This document shows positions 30,800-40,246 of a DNA stretch of 64,000 nucleotides, one piece after another. Positions within the stretch are counted from its first letter, which is position 1. Every line of letters begins with the position of its first letter. This stretch comes from a virus (Duplodnaviria > Caudoviricetes). The stretch spans positions 46,356 through 110,355 of the IMG/VR virus record IMGVR_UViG_2718218393_000006. The stretch is one strand, 5' to 3'. Made by a program: the position numbers and the translations under genes. Below the pieces are notes generated by a model. The model had not been told where the DNA came from and did no database searches. It was given only the letters and a program-made list of their open reading frames with translations.

Positions 30800-31027
30800 A
30801 TGGAACCGATCAACGTCTGGCCGTTTATCTCCCCGCTCATCCGCGTCGCCGCGCTGCTGCTGATGGCGCTGATCGTCGGCATGTTCGCTGCTGCCTACGT
30901 CAACCACAGGATGCTGCTGATGGACTATCCGTATCAGCAGCGGCGGAAATGGCGCACGCTGGCTTTCGAGGCGTGCTCCGTGGCCATTGTGGCGCTGGGC
31001 TCTCTCATGTTGTTCCTGCCGGCATGA
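30800..31027 (+). CDS. Small two-TM membrane protein
   Basis: GGGAG RBS; hydrophobic segments. Confidence 0.45.
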   Translation: MEPINVWPFISPLIRVAALLLMALIVGMFAAAYVNHRMLLMDYPYQQRRKWRTLAFEACSVAIVALGSLMLFLPA

Positions 31028-31169
31028 TTGGTTACTCCCAGGCCATCAGCACGCGATGGACTTCACGCAGATGGCAAAGGTCGGGGGATGCCATCAAATA
31101 TCCAGCATGCATTATCAGTGCATAGCGGTTAAACTACACCTTCTGCGACTAGAGCGATTGGGCCGAAGA

Positions 31170-31385
31170 ATGAAGTGGATTTATTTTGTTTTCTTGATAG
31201 TCGGACTTACTGCTGCCTGGGGAGTATGGAAGAAGAACTTCGATCATGGCATCACCGCGGCAGATTGCATGCAAAAAGGTCTCGAGCTGAGCTCAGATGG
31301 TTCATGCAAGGACAACAAGGCTGTAGCCAGTGATGCCAAGATGCAAAGCAGCAATCCAAAGGGGCAACCCAATAACGCCAAATAA
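31170..31385 (+). CDS. Small exported/membrane protein (moron)
   Basis: Signal-like MKWIYFVFLIVG; ends at the hairpin at 31390. Confidence 0.5.
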   Translation: MKWIYFVFLIVGLTAAWGVWKKNFDHGITAADCMQKGLELSSDGSCKDNKAVASDAKMQSSNPKGQPNNAK

Positions 31386-31389
31386 AAAA

Positions 31390-31417
31390 CCCGAACTCTA
31401 TACATAGTTCGGGCTGC
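31390..31417. terminator. Hairpin repeat, copy 1
   Basis: CCCGAACT-N8-AGTTCGGG-CTGC; related copy at 32426-32453. Confidence 0.65.
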
Positions 31418-31436
31418 AATATCTATTCGTCAAAAT

Positions 31437-32282
31437 CTAATTGGAAGGATTCTGTATTGCCCTCCCTGCCGTCCAATTAGACTGATCCAGTGGTTTGAGA
31501 TACAGAGGATCGTAGTCATAGTTATCTACACTGACCCAAGCGTGGAAGTTACACTCCCACTTCCCAGATTCGGCATCGACGTGAGGGTCGGCACCTTCTG
31601 CAATTTGCATTCTTTCCGCTGGCAGAGCAACCGGATTTGTCGTCATGAAAACTTTAACGTCAGCCCCGGGTTTTAATGTATTTGCAACAATTTGCACAAG
31701 TTGGGCGATGGTTTTGCAATCACCTTTAAGCATCCCATCTTGCTGGCAGGTTGATATGCCAGTAGAGGTGGAATTGTAATGAAATTGATTTGCAATTTGT
31801 CTTGATATTTCCTCTACCAATACTTTCCCTGGCATGTCTCTCGGTTTTTCAATATTTATTTTGCTACAAATTCTTTTCAGATCATCATTGAATTTTGCCG
31901 TGAGAAGGCTTGCAACACCCCGATTGGCTACACCCCTGCCATTATCATTAGCAAAGGCGCGCCAGCTAGGAACGACTTCTTGACCATAAGCTTGCCTGGA
32001 ATTCAACTCTTCGCTTAGCGCCGTGGAGAAATGCCCTGAGTGGGGCTGCACAAGACACCTAGTGAGTGGATTTTCGCGCTCCCAGTCACGCTTGACTACA
32101 ATCTTCCCGTTTTCTGTTCGAATATTATATTGCTTGTCATTTATGGTCCATGACTTATCTCTTGTGTCAAGTCCATTTTTTATCTTTTCGAATGTCTCAG
32201 CAGAAAGCCCAACCTTTCCTTCGCCTCTATTCCAATCTATTGAAATTGAGGAAGGTGCAGTACTGGATGATGATTGGATCAT
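31437..32282 (-). CDS. AT-rich moron with a transglutaminase/papain-like Cys-His-Asp triad; Ser-rich N-terminus
   Basis: GDCKTIA, FHAWVSV, YDYDPLY motifs. Confidence 0.6.
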   Translation of the reverse strand: MIQSSSSTAPSSISIDWNRGEGKVGLSAETFEKIKNGLDTRDKSWTINDKQYNIRTENGKIVVKRDWERENPLTRCLVQPHSGHFSTALSEELNSRQAYGQEVVPSWRAFANDNGRGVANRGVASLLTAKFNDDLKRICSKINIEKPRDMPGKVLVEEISRQIANQFHYNSTSTGISTCQQDGMLKGDCKTIAQLVQIVANTLKPGADVKVFMTTNPVALPAERMQIAEGADPHVDAESGKWECNFHAWVSVDNYDYDPLYLKPLDQSNWTAGRAIQNPSN

Positions 32283-32422
32283 GATTTTTTCATCTCATTT
32301 ATAAGGCCAAAATAAATTGCGACCTAGTGCATGAAATTACTTTTATCATATGAGCCCAACAAAAGCTTTCAAAAAACGCTCACCCTAGAGAAGAGTTCAC
32401 ACTGCGGAAGGAAGCTTTAAAA

Positions 32423-32453
32423 CAGCCCGAACTCTGGATGCAGTTCGGGCTGC
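32423..32453. terminator. Hairpin repeat, copy 2
   Basis: CAGCCCGAACT-N8-AGTTCGGGCTG-C. Confidence 0.65.
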
Positions 32454-32513
32454 TAAAATTTTCACAGTTGCATCAGACTGTCATGGCCAGCCACGCAACC
32501 TCAAAACCAAATC

Positions 32514-32903
32514 TTAATCAACCATCTTCACTTCACACTTATAGGTGTCTGAACCTACGGTGAACTGGCCATGGCCAGACCAGTCTGCATCGAGGGCAAA
32601 ACTGGCGATAAATGGGGCAAGATAGGTGCCGATCGCTGGAGGTGGCACAGATACCGCGGCTTCGCCATGAACGGCGCCAACCTTGGTTATCTTTCCATAG
32701 CCAGTGCTATGCATTGCACCCGTGACAGGAGCGGTGAAGACCGGCGGGTGCTGCGTCCCCTCATGGATGACTCCAGCGGCTTGGCCATGCAATGCGCCGG
32801 AGGAGGCATTGACCGTTACTGCAAGCACCATGCGGCCTGCGCCAACCATGCCACCTTCAGGGGTAAAGCTCAGCTTAAGCAAATACAGGCCTTCTTGTGC
32901 CAT
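32514..32903 (-). CDS. DUF1842-like beta-rich protein (moron)
   Basis: GLY...GAGRMVL.V.V...G...PP.F...VTG...L..DW..G.F pattern; start MAQEG after GGAG. Confidence 0.55.
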   Translation of the reverse strand: MAQEGLYLLKLSFTPEGGMVGAGRMVLAVTVNASSGALHGQAAGVIHEGTQHPPVFTAPVTGAMHSTGYGKITKVGAVHGEAAVSVPPPAIGTYLAPFIASFALDADWSGHGQFTVGSDTYKCEVKMVD

Positions 32904-33148
32904 AAGAAAATCTCCAGTGGATATATCGCAGATGGAATGACGACCTATCGTCTCCCCAACATCGGCAGGATGCATACCCACTCTAGGCGATGGCTCAGCT
33001 TATGGCCTTGCCCTTAAGGATAGGAACAAGACTATCGCAAACAATTACAGAATCCACTCAGCGCCATGGCTCACCAGTTAGTATTTTGTCGGCGTGAAAA
33101 TAGAAAAAGGCCGCGGTTGCGGCCTCCACAATTCCTCGAGATGATCCC

Positions 33149-33646
33149 TTAGAAAATCTCCATGCAACCCTTCGGCTGCGGCTTCCCAATGCCAACCTGC
33201 ATCAGCGGACTTTCGTAAATCCCCAAAGCTGCCATTTGCATCAGGGTTTCAATTGCTGACGGCGCTTTGAATTGATGGCGTGAAAAAGTCCCATGCGAAT
33301 CACCCAGCCAACCATCTTTATTGATCCAGGCCTTATAAACAGACACATCCTGATCATCGCCAGCGTGAACAAAGTCCAGCAGCAGAGCAATGTCGCCGAT
33401 TTCACCGCCGTATGCAACCGTTTTAGTCCTAAGCTCCACCTGCCACCCAAAAATCTCGAGCACGATCCCCGTTTCGGATGATTTGCGTTTCTTGACGATT
33501 CCGGAAATTCCCGATCCAGACATGGCCGTAAACCATGTCGTCAAGGCGTCCTCGAAAATTATCTTATAGCCAGTAAGTCGGTCACAAAGCTCTACCGATT
33601 CGTACTGGAGCTGGGTGGCTTTCCTCAATCTCTCTTGCATATTCAC
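33149..33646 (-). CDS. Hypothetical protein
   Basis: 165-aa ORF with a downstream hairpin at about 33105-33125. Confidence 0.55.
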   Translation of the reverse strand: MNMQERLRKATQLQYESVELCDRLTGYKIIFEDALTTWFTAMSGSGISGIVKKRKSSETGIVLEIFGWQVELRTKTVAYGGEIGDIALLLDFVHAGDDQDVSVYKAWINKDGWLGDSHGTFSRHQFKAPSAIETLMQMAALGIYESPLMQVGIGKPQPKGCMEIF

Positions 33647-33697
33647 AATACTCCATAGTCATGGAGCAACATTATGCCATCCGGAAGACGCATTCAG

Positions 33698-34132
33698 CTA
33701 CAAGACAGCTGTTCGTATGTGTCCGCCGCTGTACACATCCATGCTGATCGCCACCTCCACAGCACGGGGAGCATCGGCACCTGCGCGCATAGCCGCCAGC
33801 GCGGGGATCTTGCCAGAGCCAATGGCCATGGGTGCCGGCCAGGACTCGGGGGCAAGGCACTCATCGCTCACCATGGCCAGCCGCTCGCCATCCCACACCA
33901 AAGCGGCGAAGTCGGCGTTTTCGCCAGGCTGATCAGCGCGGCCTTCAATCCATGCCAGCGCGTCAGGTACGCTGCGAGTGACTCCTGCCATTCCGATGAT
34001 GACCGGGCGCCCACTCCAGCGGTTGGTTTCCAGTCGGTGCAATTTCTGCAGGTCGTCAGCCAGGATGACTTCCTCGGCCGTAGCGCGGCCGTCCGCGGCC
34101 ATGGTGATGCCGTCGAATGCGATGGTAGTCAT
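33698..34132 (-). CDS. Ntn-hydrolase (HslV/proteasome beta-like) phage peptidase
   Basis: MTTIA..G.MAAD, AIGSG, D..SGG. Confidence 0.7.
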   Translation of the reverse strand: MTTIAFDGITMAADGRATAEEVILADDLQKLHRLETNRWSGRPVIIGMAGVTRSVPDALAWIEGRADQPGENADFAALVWDGERLAMVSDECLAPESWPAPMAIGSGKIPALAAMRAGADAPRAVEVAISMDVYSGGHIRTAVL

Positions 34133-34492
34133 GTGCCATCTCGGAGGTGGTCGTTAATACCACTTTGCCGTTTTGATGCGTTTTTGCCAGGTGAATACCT
34201 GGCCCTGTTAATACCAGTAGCGTTTTCAACCCGCGCATGGGGTTAAACCCGCATAGTTACGGCGGCACCCTGCTACAATCCACCCAATTGACATGAATGG
34301 AGGTTAAGATGCCACTCCGTATGATTTATATCGTTGCGCTGCTGGTAGGGCTGCCGACTGTGGCCGGCATACTGTTGACCAATGTCGTAGCAGACACTGC
34401 CGGCTGGAAATGCGCTGAGAAGGGCTACCAGATGCGGGATGGCAAGTGCCCCGCTCCGGAAAGCCGTGGTGGCTAATTTAAGGTGAGCAAAC

Positions 34493-34786
34493 ATGGAAGC
34501 ATTCCGCATTCGCATCAAAGACGGCAGGACGATCGCTGGCATTGCATACAACCATAGCCGGATAGACATCCTCCCCGGAGAGTACGAAGCGCACTTTGCT
34601 GAAATCACCGTCAGAATTGGTGGGGCGGAGAGAAAAGAATTGGCATTGACTGTCATGGACGTCCATCCAGACCCAACCGCGCCCGACAAGTCCCTTACTA
34701 TCATGTCCAGCGAGTTCCCTCATGACCTGGATGGCTTTCCGAACACAAGTAGGACCAGCTCTATTGAAGTGTTGGAGCGCCTCTAG
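34493..34786 (+). CDS. Hypothetical protein
   Basis: AAGGTGAG RBS; 97 aa. Confidence 0.45.
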   Translation: MEAFRIRIKDGRTIAGIAYNHSRIDILPGEYEAHFAEITVRIGGAERKELALTVMDVHPDPTAPDKSLTIMSSEFPHDLDGFPNTSRTSSIEVLERL

Positions 34787-34976
34787 CCTCCCGGCGCAGC
34801 TCCGGCACGATCTTCACGTCCATACACTCCATCGCAATGTCCACCGCGCGACGTTGGATCACCTCCATCCGGTGCGGACTGATCGACTGGCCGTCGTACT
34901 CGGCCACCAAGGACTTGATCCGTTCCTCGGCGGTCGCGCTGTCGAACTGGACGCGGGCGGTGATGTGCTGGGTCAT
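34761..34976 (-). CDS. Hypothetical phage protein
   Basis: GGAG RBS; phage-like codon usage. Confidence 0.5.
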   Translation of the reverse strand: MTQHITARVQFDSATAEERIKSLVAEYDGQSISPHRMEVIQRRAVDIAMECMDVKIVPELRREARGAPTLQ

Positions 34977-34978
34977 GG

Positions 34979-35170
34979 CTATCTCCGTACCAGTTTGATG
35001 AGTGCGCGGCGGGTGAACGTGGCGTGCTGCCGGTTACGGTGAAATCGCACCGTGATCTCGTCGGCGTCTCGGCAGATGACTCGGCAGCGCGTGCCGGTGA
35101 TCAGCACCAACTCGGCGCCGCGGCCCCAGGGCGCAGCCTCGTAGACGATGGTTGTGTGACGTAGCCGCAT
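34979..35170 (-). CDS. Hypothetical phage protein
   Basis: GAGG RBS; coupled to the next gene. Confidence 0.45.
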   Translation of the reverse strand: MRLRHTTIVYEAAPWGRGAELVLITGTRCRVICRDADEITVRFHRNRQHATFTRRALIKLVRR

Positions 35171-35278
35171 GCGGGCCTCGGAAATGAAAAGCCCTTCCTA
35201 TGGAAGGGCTTGAAATGGAACTGGCAATTAGTCCAGTGATATCAACATGACAACAGGGAGTAAAAAGCTGTTTCCGCG

Positions 35279-35860
35279 ATGAAATATGGAAACGACATGA
35301 ATAAAATTGCTATAATTGCATTCGGCATGGCATTCAGCACCCTTGCAATGGCTGAAAACGGAGCAAATACGACCTACCCTGCAGTAATCTTCAATCAAGA
35401 CTTATCGCAGAAGCTGATCAAGCTCTTGCCAAAGACGGCTCCGGTGTACAAGCTTGGTGAAATAACTACGCTTATGGCACCAGCTCCGGCACTAAAAAGC
35501 ATGAGGGTAATAGCTGTAGACTCTGATCGAGCAGGCCTTGAGACATACAATACGGAAAATCTCCCTCCGTATGAGACTCAAAAGCAGCACGCTGGCGGCG
35601 CACGGCTCAATGTAGTAACGGTGGAAGTAGGTTTTGGCAGGGCCTACGCGAAATACAATGGAGCAAACCTTTCATCTACCGATACGGCTATTTGCCAAGA
35701 CTGGTCTGGGATATGGAGACCTTGCCAGAACGGTGAATTAGTCGGTGGTTGGATGCGAACCTGGAATGCAGCAGGCCGCGGGGCAGGTCAGTTTGAATCT
35801 TGGTCTACTTCATTGAATATGCCGACCAACACATATCACGCAAATATTAAGGTCCATTAA
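35279..35860 (+). CDS. Secreted YolA/DUF4879-like protein (moron)
   Basis: Signal peptide; VVTVEVGFG, C...GELVGGW.R.W, STS.N motifs. Confidence 0.6.
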   Translation: MKYGNDMNKIAIIAFGMAFSTLAMAENGANTTYPAVIFNQDLSQKLIKLLPKTAPVYKLGEITTLMAPAPALKSMRVIAVDSDRAGLETYNTENLPPYETQKQHAGGARLNVVTVEVGFGRAYAKYNGANLSSTDTAICQDWSGIWRPCQNGELVGGWMRTWNAAGRGAGQFESWSTSLNMPTNTYHANIKVH

Positions 35861-35885
35861 ACCTTATTACACTGACGAGGCTTAT

Positions 35886-36311
35886 ATGCTAATCCTTTCG
35901 ACTTCCGAACAGAAGTTAGCCGCCACACAACGTGTGGTTGCTAATGGACAAGCATCCAACTTCTCGCAGTTTTTGGAGAAGGCAAAGTCTGACGCATCGG
36001 CGTCCGCTCAAGTCTCGTCAGTGCCCAGCTCACCAAACCTGGAAAATCTCACCACTAATGAAGCATATGACGTGCTATCGGGTCTGGCCAAGTCAGGAAA
36101 ATTGACGCCTGAAGAATATCAAACCATGGCGCCAACGGTTTATTTAAGGGCCTTGAATGAAGGGCAAGGGAGCCCGCAGCCCGAGCGATTCGACTTGCTT
36201 TCTGGCGTACAAAGCCTTATCGAAAACAGCAAGATGATTGGTAGGTATGATCAGGTCCGCGCGCAAACTCACGGTCTTGAACTTTTAAAGGCATATCAGA
36301 CAAATTCATGA
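35886..36311 (+). CDS. Hypothetical protein (moron)
   Basis: GAGG RBS; terminator hairpin GAAGGGCGG-CATCAG-CCGCCCTTC directly downstream. Confidence 0.55.
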   Translation: MLILSTSEQKLAATQRVVANGQASNFSQFLEKAKSDASASAQVSSVPSSPNLENLTTNEAYDVLSGLAKSGKLTPEEYQTMAPTVYLRALNEGQGSPQPERFDLLSGVQSLIENSKMIGRYDQVRAQTHGLELLKAYQTNS

Positions 36312-36481
36312 AGAAGGGCGGCATCAGCCGCCCTTCTTTCTTGGCCCTGCTAATCATTTACTAACGGCGGGGCCATTTCATTTCCGCCGGACGCGACAAG
36401 CCACCCGCAAGGGTGGCATCTCAAACCGTTCGACGGTCAATCAAATTATATATGTGATGTTATATCGTTTCATTTAACTGG

Positions 36482-36973
36482 TCAAGCTCTCAGGTTTCGC
36501 TTGGCGCGATTCCAGACCTCTTGTGTCAGCCTCGCCACAATCGCGTCGTACTGCGCAGCGTGCATGCCCAGCCGGTCGCGCTTGAATCGCAGGTCTGGCA
36601 GCTTGAAAGTGCCGGCAGCGTCGATCTTGCCGCGGTAGTGGTTCAGCAGGATGTCGCGCTCGTTCACGCTGCAGCCATTCGTCACCCGGGCCCGGCCGCC
36701 GCCCATCGACACTCGCATAGTGCCGTAGCTGATGGCGCGCTCCACGGCCAGCACCTGGCGCAGGTCCAGCACCTCGCCGGCACCCTTGAGATATCTGCAG
36801 GACTCGCACGGATCGTCGTCCTCGAAACAAGCCGGGCAACGGTTCGCGCGGAACTTGCCTTCCAATCCGGGAGAGCGGTCCTTGCCATTACCCTGGCGTT
36901 GCCATTTCCCCCACTGTTCCAGCGCACATAGCGCCTTCAGCTTGTCGTCGTGTTCCAGTTCGTTCATCACCAT
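36482..36973 (-). CDS. Putative late-gene antiterminator/activator (Q position)
   Basis: LEQWGKW N-terminus, CxxC pairs; last gene of the nin operon before an AT-rich promoter region. Confidence 0.5.
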   Translation of the reverse strand: MVMNELEHDDKLKALCALEQWGKWQRQGNGKDRSPGLEGKFRANRCPACFEDDDPCESCRYLKGAGEVLDLRQVLAVERAISYGTMRVSMGGGRARVTNGCSVNERDILLNHYRGKIDAAGTFKLPDLRFKRDRLGMHAAQYDAIVARLTQEVWNRAKRNLRA

Positions 36974-36986
36974 TGCACCGCCCCTT

Positions 36987-37442
36987 TCACATGCCAAACC
37001 GACCAATCAGCGCGGCCTCAGCGCGACCATCGTCTTTCACCCTGGCGAACAGGCAGGCCTGGGCCGGGAACAGCTCCGCGGCGCGAGCCCGGCTGCCGTC
37101 CTTGCCATCCTTGCGGCCCGCCCGCTTCTGCCACTGCTGAGGCGTGACGAACGATACCGGCAGGCCCAGGCCCGCGCAGACGCCCTCCACGATGCCGGCG
37201 CTTTTACCAAAGTTGAACATGCTGGTAACGCCCTGGCCGCTCATCGCCCCGACTTTCTCGATCACCACATGCGCGCTGGCGTGCTGCCTGAGCAGGCTGG
37301 CCAGCAGCGCCGGCGACACACTCCGCTTGGTGGTCTTGCCGCTCTTCAGCTCTACAACCGGCATGTCGTAGACGTCCAGCAGCTGATCTCCGTCCAGCAC
37401 CGCGATGGCGCCGTTGATGCCCGGGTCGATTCCTAGCCTCAT
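36987..37442 (-). CDS. RuvC-like Holliday junction resolvase
   Basis: GIDPGINGA, VIEKV, VTPQQW, DGRAEAALI. Confidence 0.85.
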   Translation of the reverse strand: MRLGIDPGINGAIAVLDGDQLLDVYDMPVVELKSGKTTKRSVSPALLASLLRQHASAHVVIEKVGAMSGQGVTSMFNFGKSAGIVEGVCAGLGLPVSFVTPQQWQKRAGRKDGKDGSRARAAELFPAQACLFARVKDDGRAEAALIGRFGM

Positions 37443-37801
37443 GCGGCCTCCCTCCTGAGTGCTTCTTTGTTCACGATCACCAGTCCGCCGGCCGCCAGCT
37501 TTTCCAACGTCAGCACGATGGCCCTGTTCATCTCCGCGCGCCGCTCGTCGCGCGAAAGCTTGTTGCCGTTGCCCAGCTCGTGATGGCAGCCCGGGCAGAG
37601 CGCAGCAGTCAGCGCATCGGCCGACTTCATGCCCATGCCTTTCCCTTCGTCGCGGTGCGCGACCTGGATGCCGTATGCGCCGCAAAGGACGCAGAACTTG
37701 AGCGAACCCACGGCGGCCAACCAGTCGGCGTTCTTCGTCGTGTCACGCCGGCCGGTGCCAGGCGTGGAGCCAGGGCGAGGAACGATTTTGCTTGGCTTCA
37801 T
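37439..37801 (-). CDS. His-Me finger putative nuclease (DUF968/YbcO-like)
   Basis: CVLCG...AH...KGMGMK..D..AALCPGCH. Confidence 0.75.
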   Translation of the reverse strand: MKPSKIVPRPGSTPGTGRRDTTKNADWLAAVGSLKFCVLCGAYGIQVAHRDEGKGMGMKSADALTAALCPGCHHELGNGNKLSRDERRAEMNRAIVLTLEKLAAGGLVIVNKEALRREAA

Positions 37802-38235
37802 GCCGCCTTCTTCCCGTACGCTGAGCCCAGCCCGAATTTCACGCCCTTCTCCGCGCCGAACGCATGGATCAGCTCCAGCAACTCGCCCATCTCGCGGATG
37901 CTCATGTCGCTGGTGCGCTGGCCCAAGATCACGAAGCCCGTGCCATCGATGTTCGGCACCACCTTGGTCCGACGCAGGCTGGCGGTCAGCAGGTCTTTCC
38001 ATTCCTCCGCCGTCAGATTGTTGCCGTACCAGTCCAGTTGCTCGCTGATGTCCGTCAGCGCGGCCCACATGGCAGCGTTCTGGCTCAAGTTGCGGATGCT
38101 GGCGGTTTGGATCGTGACCTTTAAACCTCTGCCATCGGCGGCCTCGTCCAGCATCTGGCACGCCAGCTGATATGCGCGGGCCATGCGCGGCCGGAGATCG
38201 GCGCCGGTCTGGATGGTGAGCGCTTCCCGGCTCAT
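37798..38235 (-). CDS. ninB: NinB/Orf-family recombination protein
   Basis: RNLSQNAAMWA.LTDIS.Q..W.G..L..EEWK, RTSDM. Confidence 0.85.
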   Translation of the reverse strand: MSREALTIQTGADLRPRMARAYQLACQMLDEAADGRGLKVTIQTASIRNLSQNAAMWAALTDISEQLDWYGNNLTAEEWKDLLTASLRRTKVVPNIDGTGFVILGQRTSDMSIREMGELLELIHAFGAEKGVKFGLGSAYGKKAA

Positions 38236-38906
38236 GCAGCCTCCCGCGGAGACGCTGAGCGCTGGTCGACCAGCTTCAGGATCTTGTCCGCTTGCTCCGC
38301 CCCCATCTCGTTCCGCTCCAACAGCGGTCGCGAGGAGCCGGCCAGCATGACAGTCTTGGCAATCGCAGGGCTGCCCAGCAGCATGGGTGGCTCGCAGCGC
38401 AACCTAGCCTTGCGGTTATCGGCTTCGAACTGGCCGATCATCACCGGCGGATACTCCGGCACCTCTTGCCGGCCGGCGAATGCACGGTAGCGGCTTTCGA
38501 AATCGCGTGCCACGAACGGCCAATCGTCCTCGGTTTTCGTGCCAAGTGCGATCCAGCCCCCCATCTCCGCCAGCGCGCGGTGGATCAGCGGGTCGTCGAA
38601 CACGACACTGCGGTAGGTGCCGACGTGGCGCAGGGCCTTGTCGACCTTGTGCCAGGCTTGCAGGGCCTTGTCCTGGCTGGAGCCGGCAGTCATGCGGATC
38701 AGGTCGGCCGGCTTGGGCATGAACTGGCCGTTGTCGGGGCTGGTGACGTGGCGGTTCATGGCCTCACGGAACACGGCCAGGTCCAGATGCTTCAGGGCGT
38801 TCCAGTAGATCGTGATCGCGGGCGTCGTCAGCGGCTTGCCGTAAAGCTCGGCGACCGCCTGGAGCAGGCTGACGAATGTGTCGTAGTCGTTCTGTTGCAT
38901 GGTCAT
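38232..38906 (-). CDS. Replication protein, helicase-loader position (DUF6475-like)
   Basis: FMPKPADL, VVFDDPLIH...GGW; follows the initiator. Confidence 0.65.
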   Translation of the reverse strand: MTMQQNDYDTFVSLLQAVAELYGKPLTTPAITIYWNALKHLDLAVFREAMNRHVTSPDNGQFMPKPADLIRMTAGSSQDKALQAWHKVDKALRHVGTYRSVVFDDPLIHRALAEMGGWIALGTKTEDDWPFVARDFESRYRAFAGRQEVPEYPPVMIGQFEADNRKARLRCEPPMLLGSPAIAKTVMLAGSSRPLLERNEMGAEQADKILKLVDQRSASPREAA

Positions 38907-39709
38907 GCATCCGTAGGTTCGTCGCCAAAGAGCATCCGCTTAGCCTCTTCAGCAGCGGCACGGTTCTGTTCGGCAAGGGTTGGCTTGCCACCGGATGGGC
39001 GGCTGGATTGAGGGGTGTCACGGTGCAGCCATTCGGCCTTGAAGCCCTGCCAACCGCGCTCGGCGGAAATTTGGATCGCCTGGGCCAACGTCAGGCCGGC
39101 AATTGCGGCTTCGCGCTCGATGCCGGCAAGGGCGGTGGCAGTCAGCGGTGCGCGCTTGGCCTTGCGGATGAGCAAGAAGTCGGCGGCATGCAGAGGATCA
39201 ACTCCCCTCAGTTTCAGGTCTTTGGCTGTAAGGGGCTTGCTATTTTCGTCGTCCGCGGACGCGGGCGGAGTACTGTTTTTACTACCATCTGTGTAACTAT
39301 CTGGTAAGCCATCTGGTATAGGTTCGCCCTTCTGGGCGTTTCGTTTCGCCCGTTTGGGCGCTTCCATTTGCCCATTTGGGCAGATGAGATGCCCGTTCAG
39401 GAAAATGGATTCGTCCACGAAGGCATACCACAAAGTCCGGTCGTAGCCCTGGTCGTTGTAGTTGCCCTTCATGATCACGCCGTGGCGGACAAGGCTGTCT
39501 AAAACGCGGCGAATTTGCTTCTCAGACAGGTACGGGAACAGCTCGCCAAAGGCCTTGATGCTGTTGTATGTCCAAGTCCGTCCGTCGTAGAGGTGGCGCC
39601 CATTAGCCTTGTTCTTGGCAATCCAGAACGCCATGTTGTTGATGAACACTGCCTCCTCTACGCCATACATGGCGGCATGGGCGATATCGAACGAGTGAAC
39701 TACGCTCAT
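38903..39709 (-). CDS. Replication initiator (O-like, winged helix)
   Basis: DGRTWTYNS...FPYLS, DRTLWY; RKAKRAPLT...RGWQGF C-domain; internal iterons. Confidence 0.8.
   Translation of the reverse strand: MSVVHSFDIAHAAMYGVEEAVFINNMAFWIAKNKANGRHLYDGRTWTYNSIKAFGELFPYLSEKQIRRVLDSLVRHGVIMKGNYNDQGYDRTLWYAFVDESIFLNGHLICPNGQMEAPKRAKRNAQKGEPIPDGLPDSYTDGSKNSTPPASADDENSKPLTAKDLKLRGVDPLHAADFLLIRKAKRAPLTATALAGIEREAAIAGLTLAQAIQISAERGWQGFKAEWLHRDTPQSSRPSGGKPTLAEQNRAAAEEAKRMLFGDEPTDA
39326..39402. repeat. Four iterons (putative phage origin) inside the initiator gene
   Basis: GCCC-N3-TGGGC starting at 39326, 39348 and 39370, degenerate at 39391 (spacing 22, 22, 21). Confidence 0.7.
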
Positions 39710-39871
39710 TCCCGCTTGCCTCCATCGGTATTCGTTGCCATAATTTCTCCTGATCTTGATTAACCCCCGCGAGGCCCGGCCAGGCCGTTGACCGGGGGTT
39801 TTTCTTTTCCTGCAAGACTGCGAGACCTGCCCTCTGATATGCTTAAATCCCATTTGCATACAGGAGGCTGT

Positions 39872-40099
39872 ATGAAGACCTTCATCAACAAAATCAGATA
39901 CGACCACTCGAACGGATATGCAGCAGTGGAGTTAATGATTCCTGCCGATAACGACGAGCTCGGATCGGTGGTCACCATTGATGTAGAAATCCCCATCAAC
40001 AAGGCCTATGAGTCGAGCTACGGCGTCCTCATGGAGATGGCTATCCGCGAGGCTTGTCGCCACCACGCTTGGCTCGATAAAGCGCTCCGCCCGGCCTAA
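39872..40099 (+). CDS. Small antisense-oriented hypothetical protein
   Basis: AGGAGG RBS; 75 aa. Confidence 0.5.
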   Translation: MKTFINKIRYDHSNGYAAVELMIPADNDELGSVVTIDVEIPINKAYESSYGVLMEMAIREACRHHAWLDKALRPA

Positions 40100-40246
40100 G
40101 CTCATCCGCAATCGCGGCCTTGATCGCTTGCGGCAGCTGCGCGCTCAGTTCGCAAAGCTGCTGCTGCGTCGCCCCTAAGTCCGCCCGTAAGCCAGTCACC
40201 ACGCTGCTCAGCGCATTGATCTGCTGCTGCAACTGTTCGATGTCCA

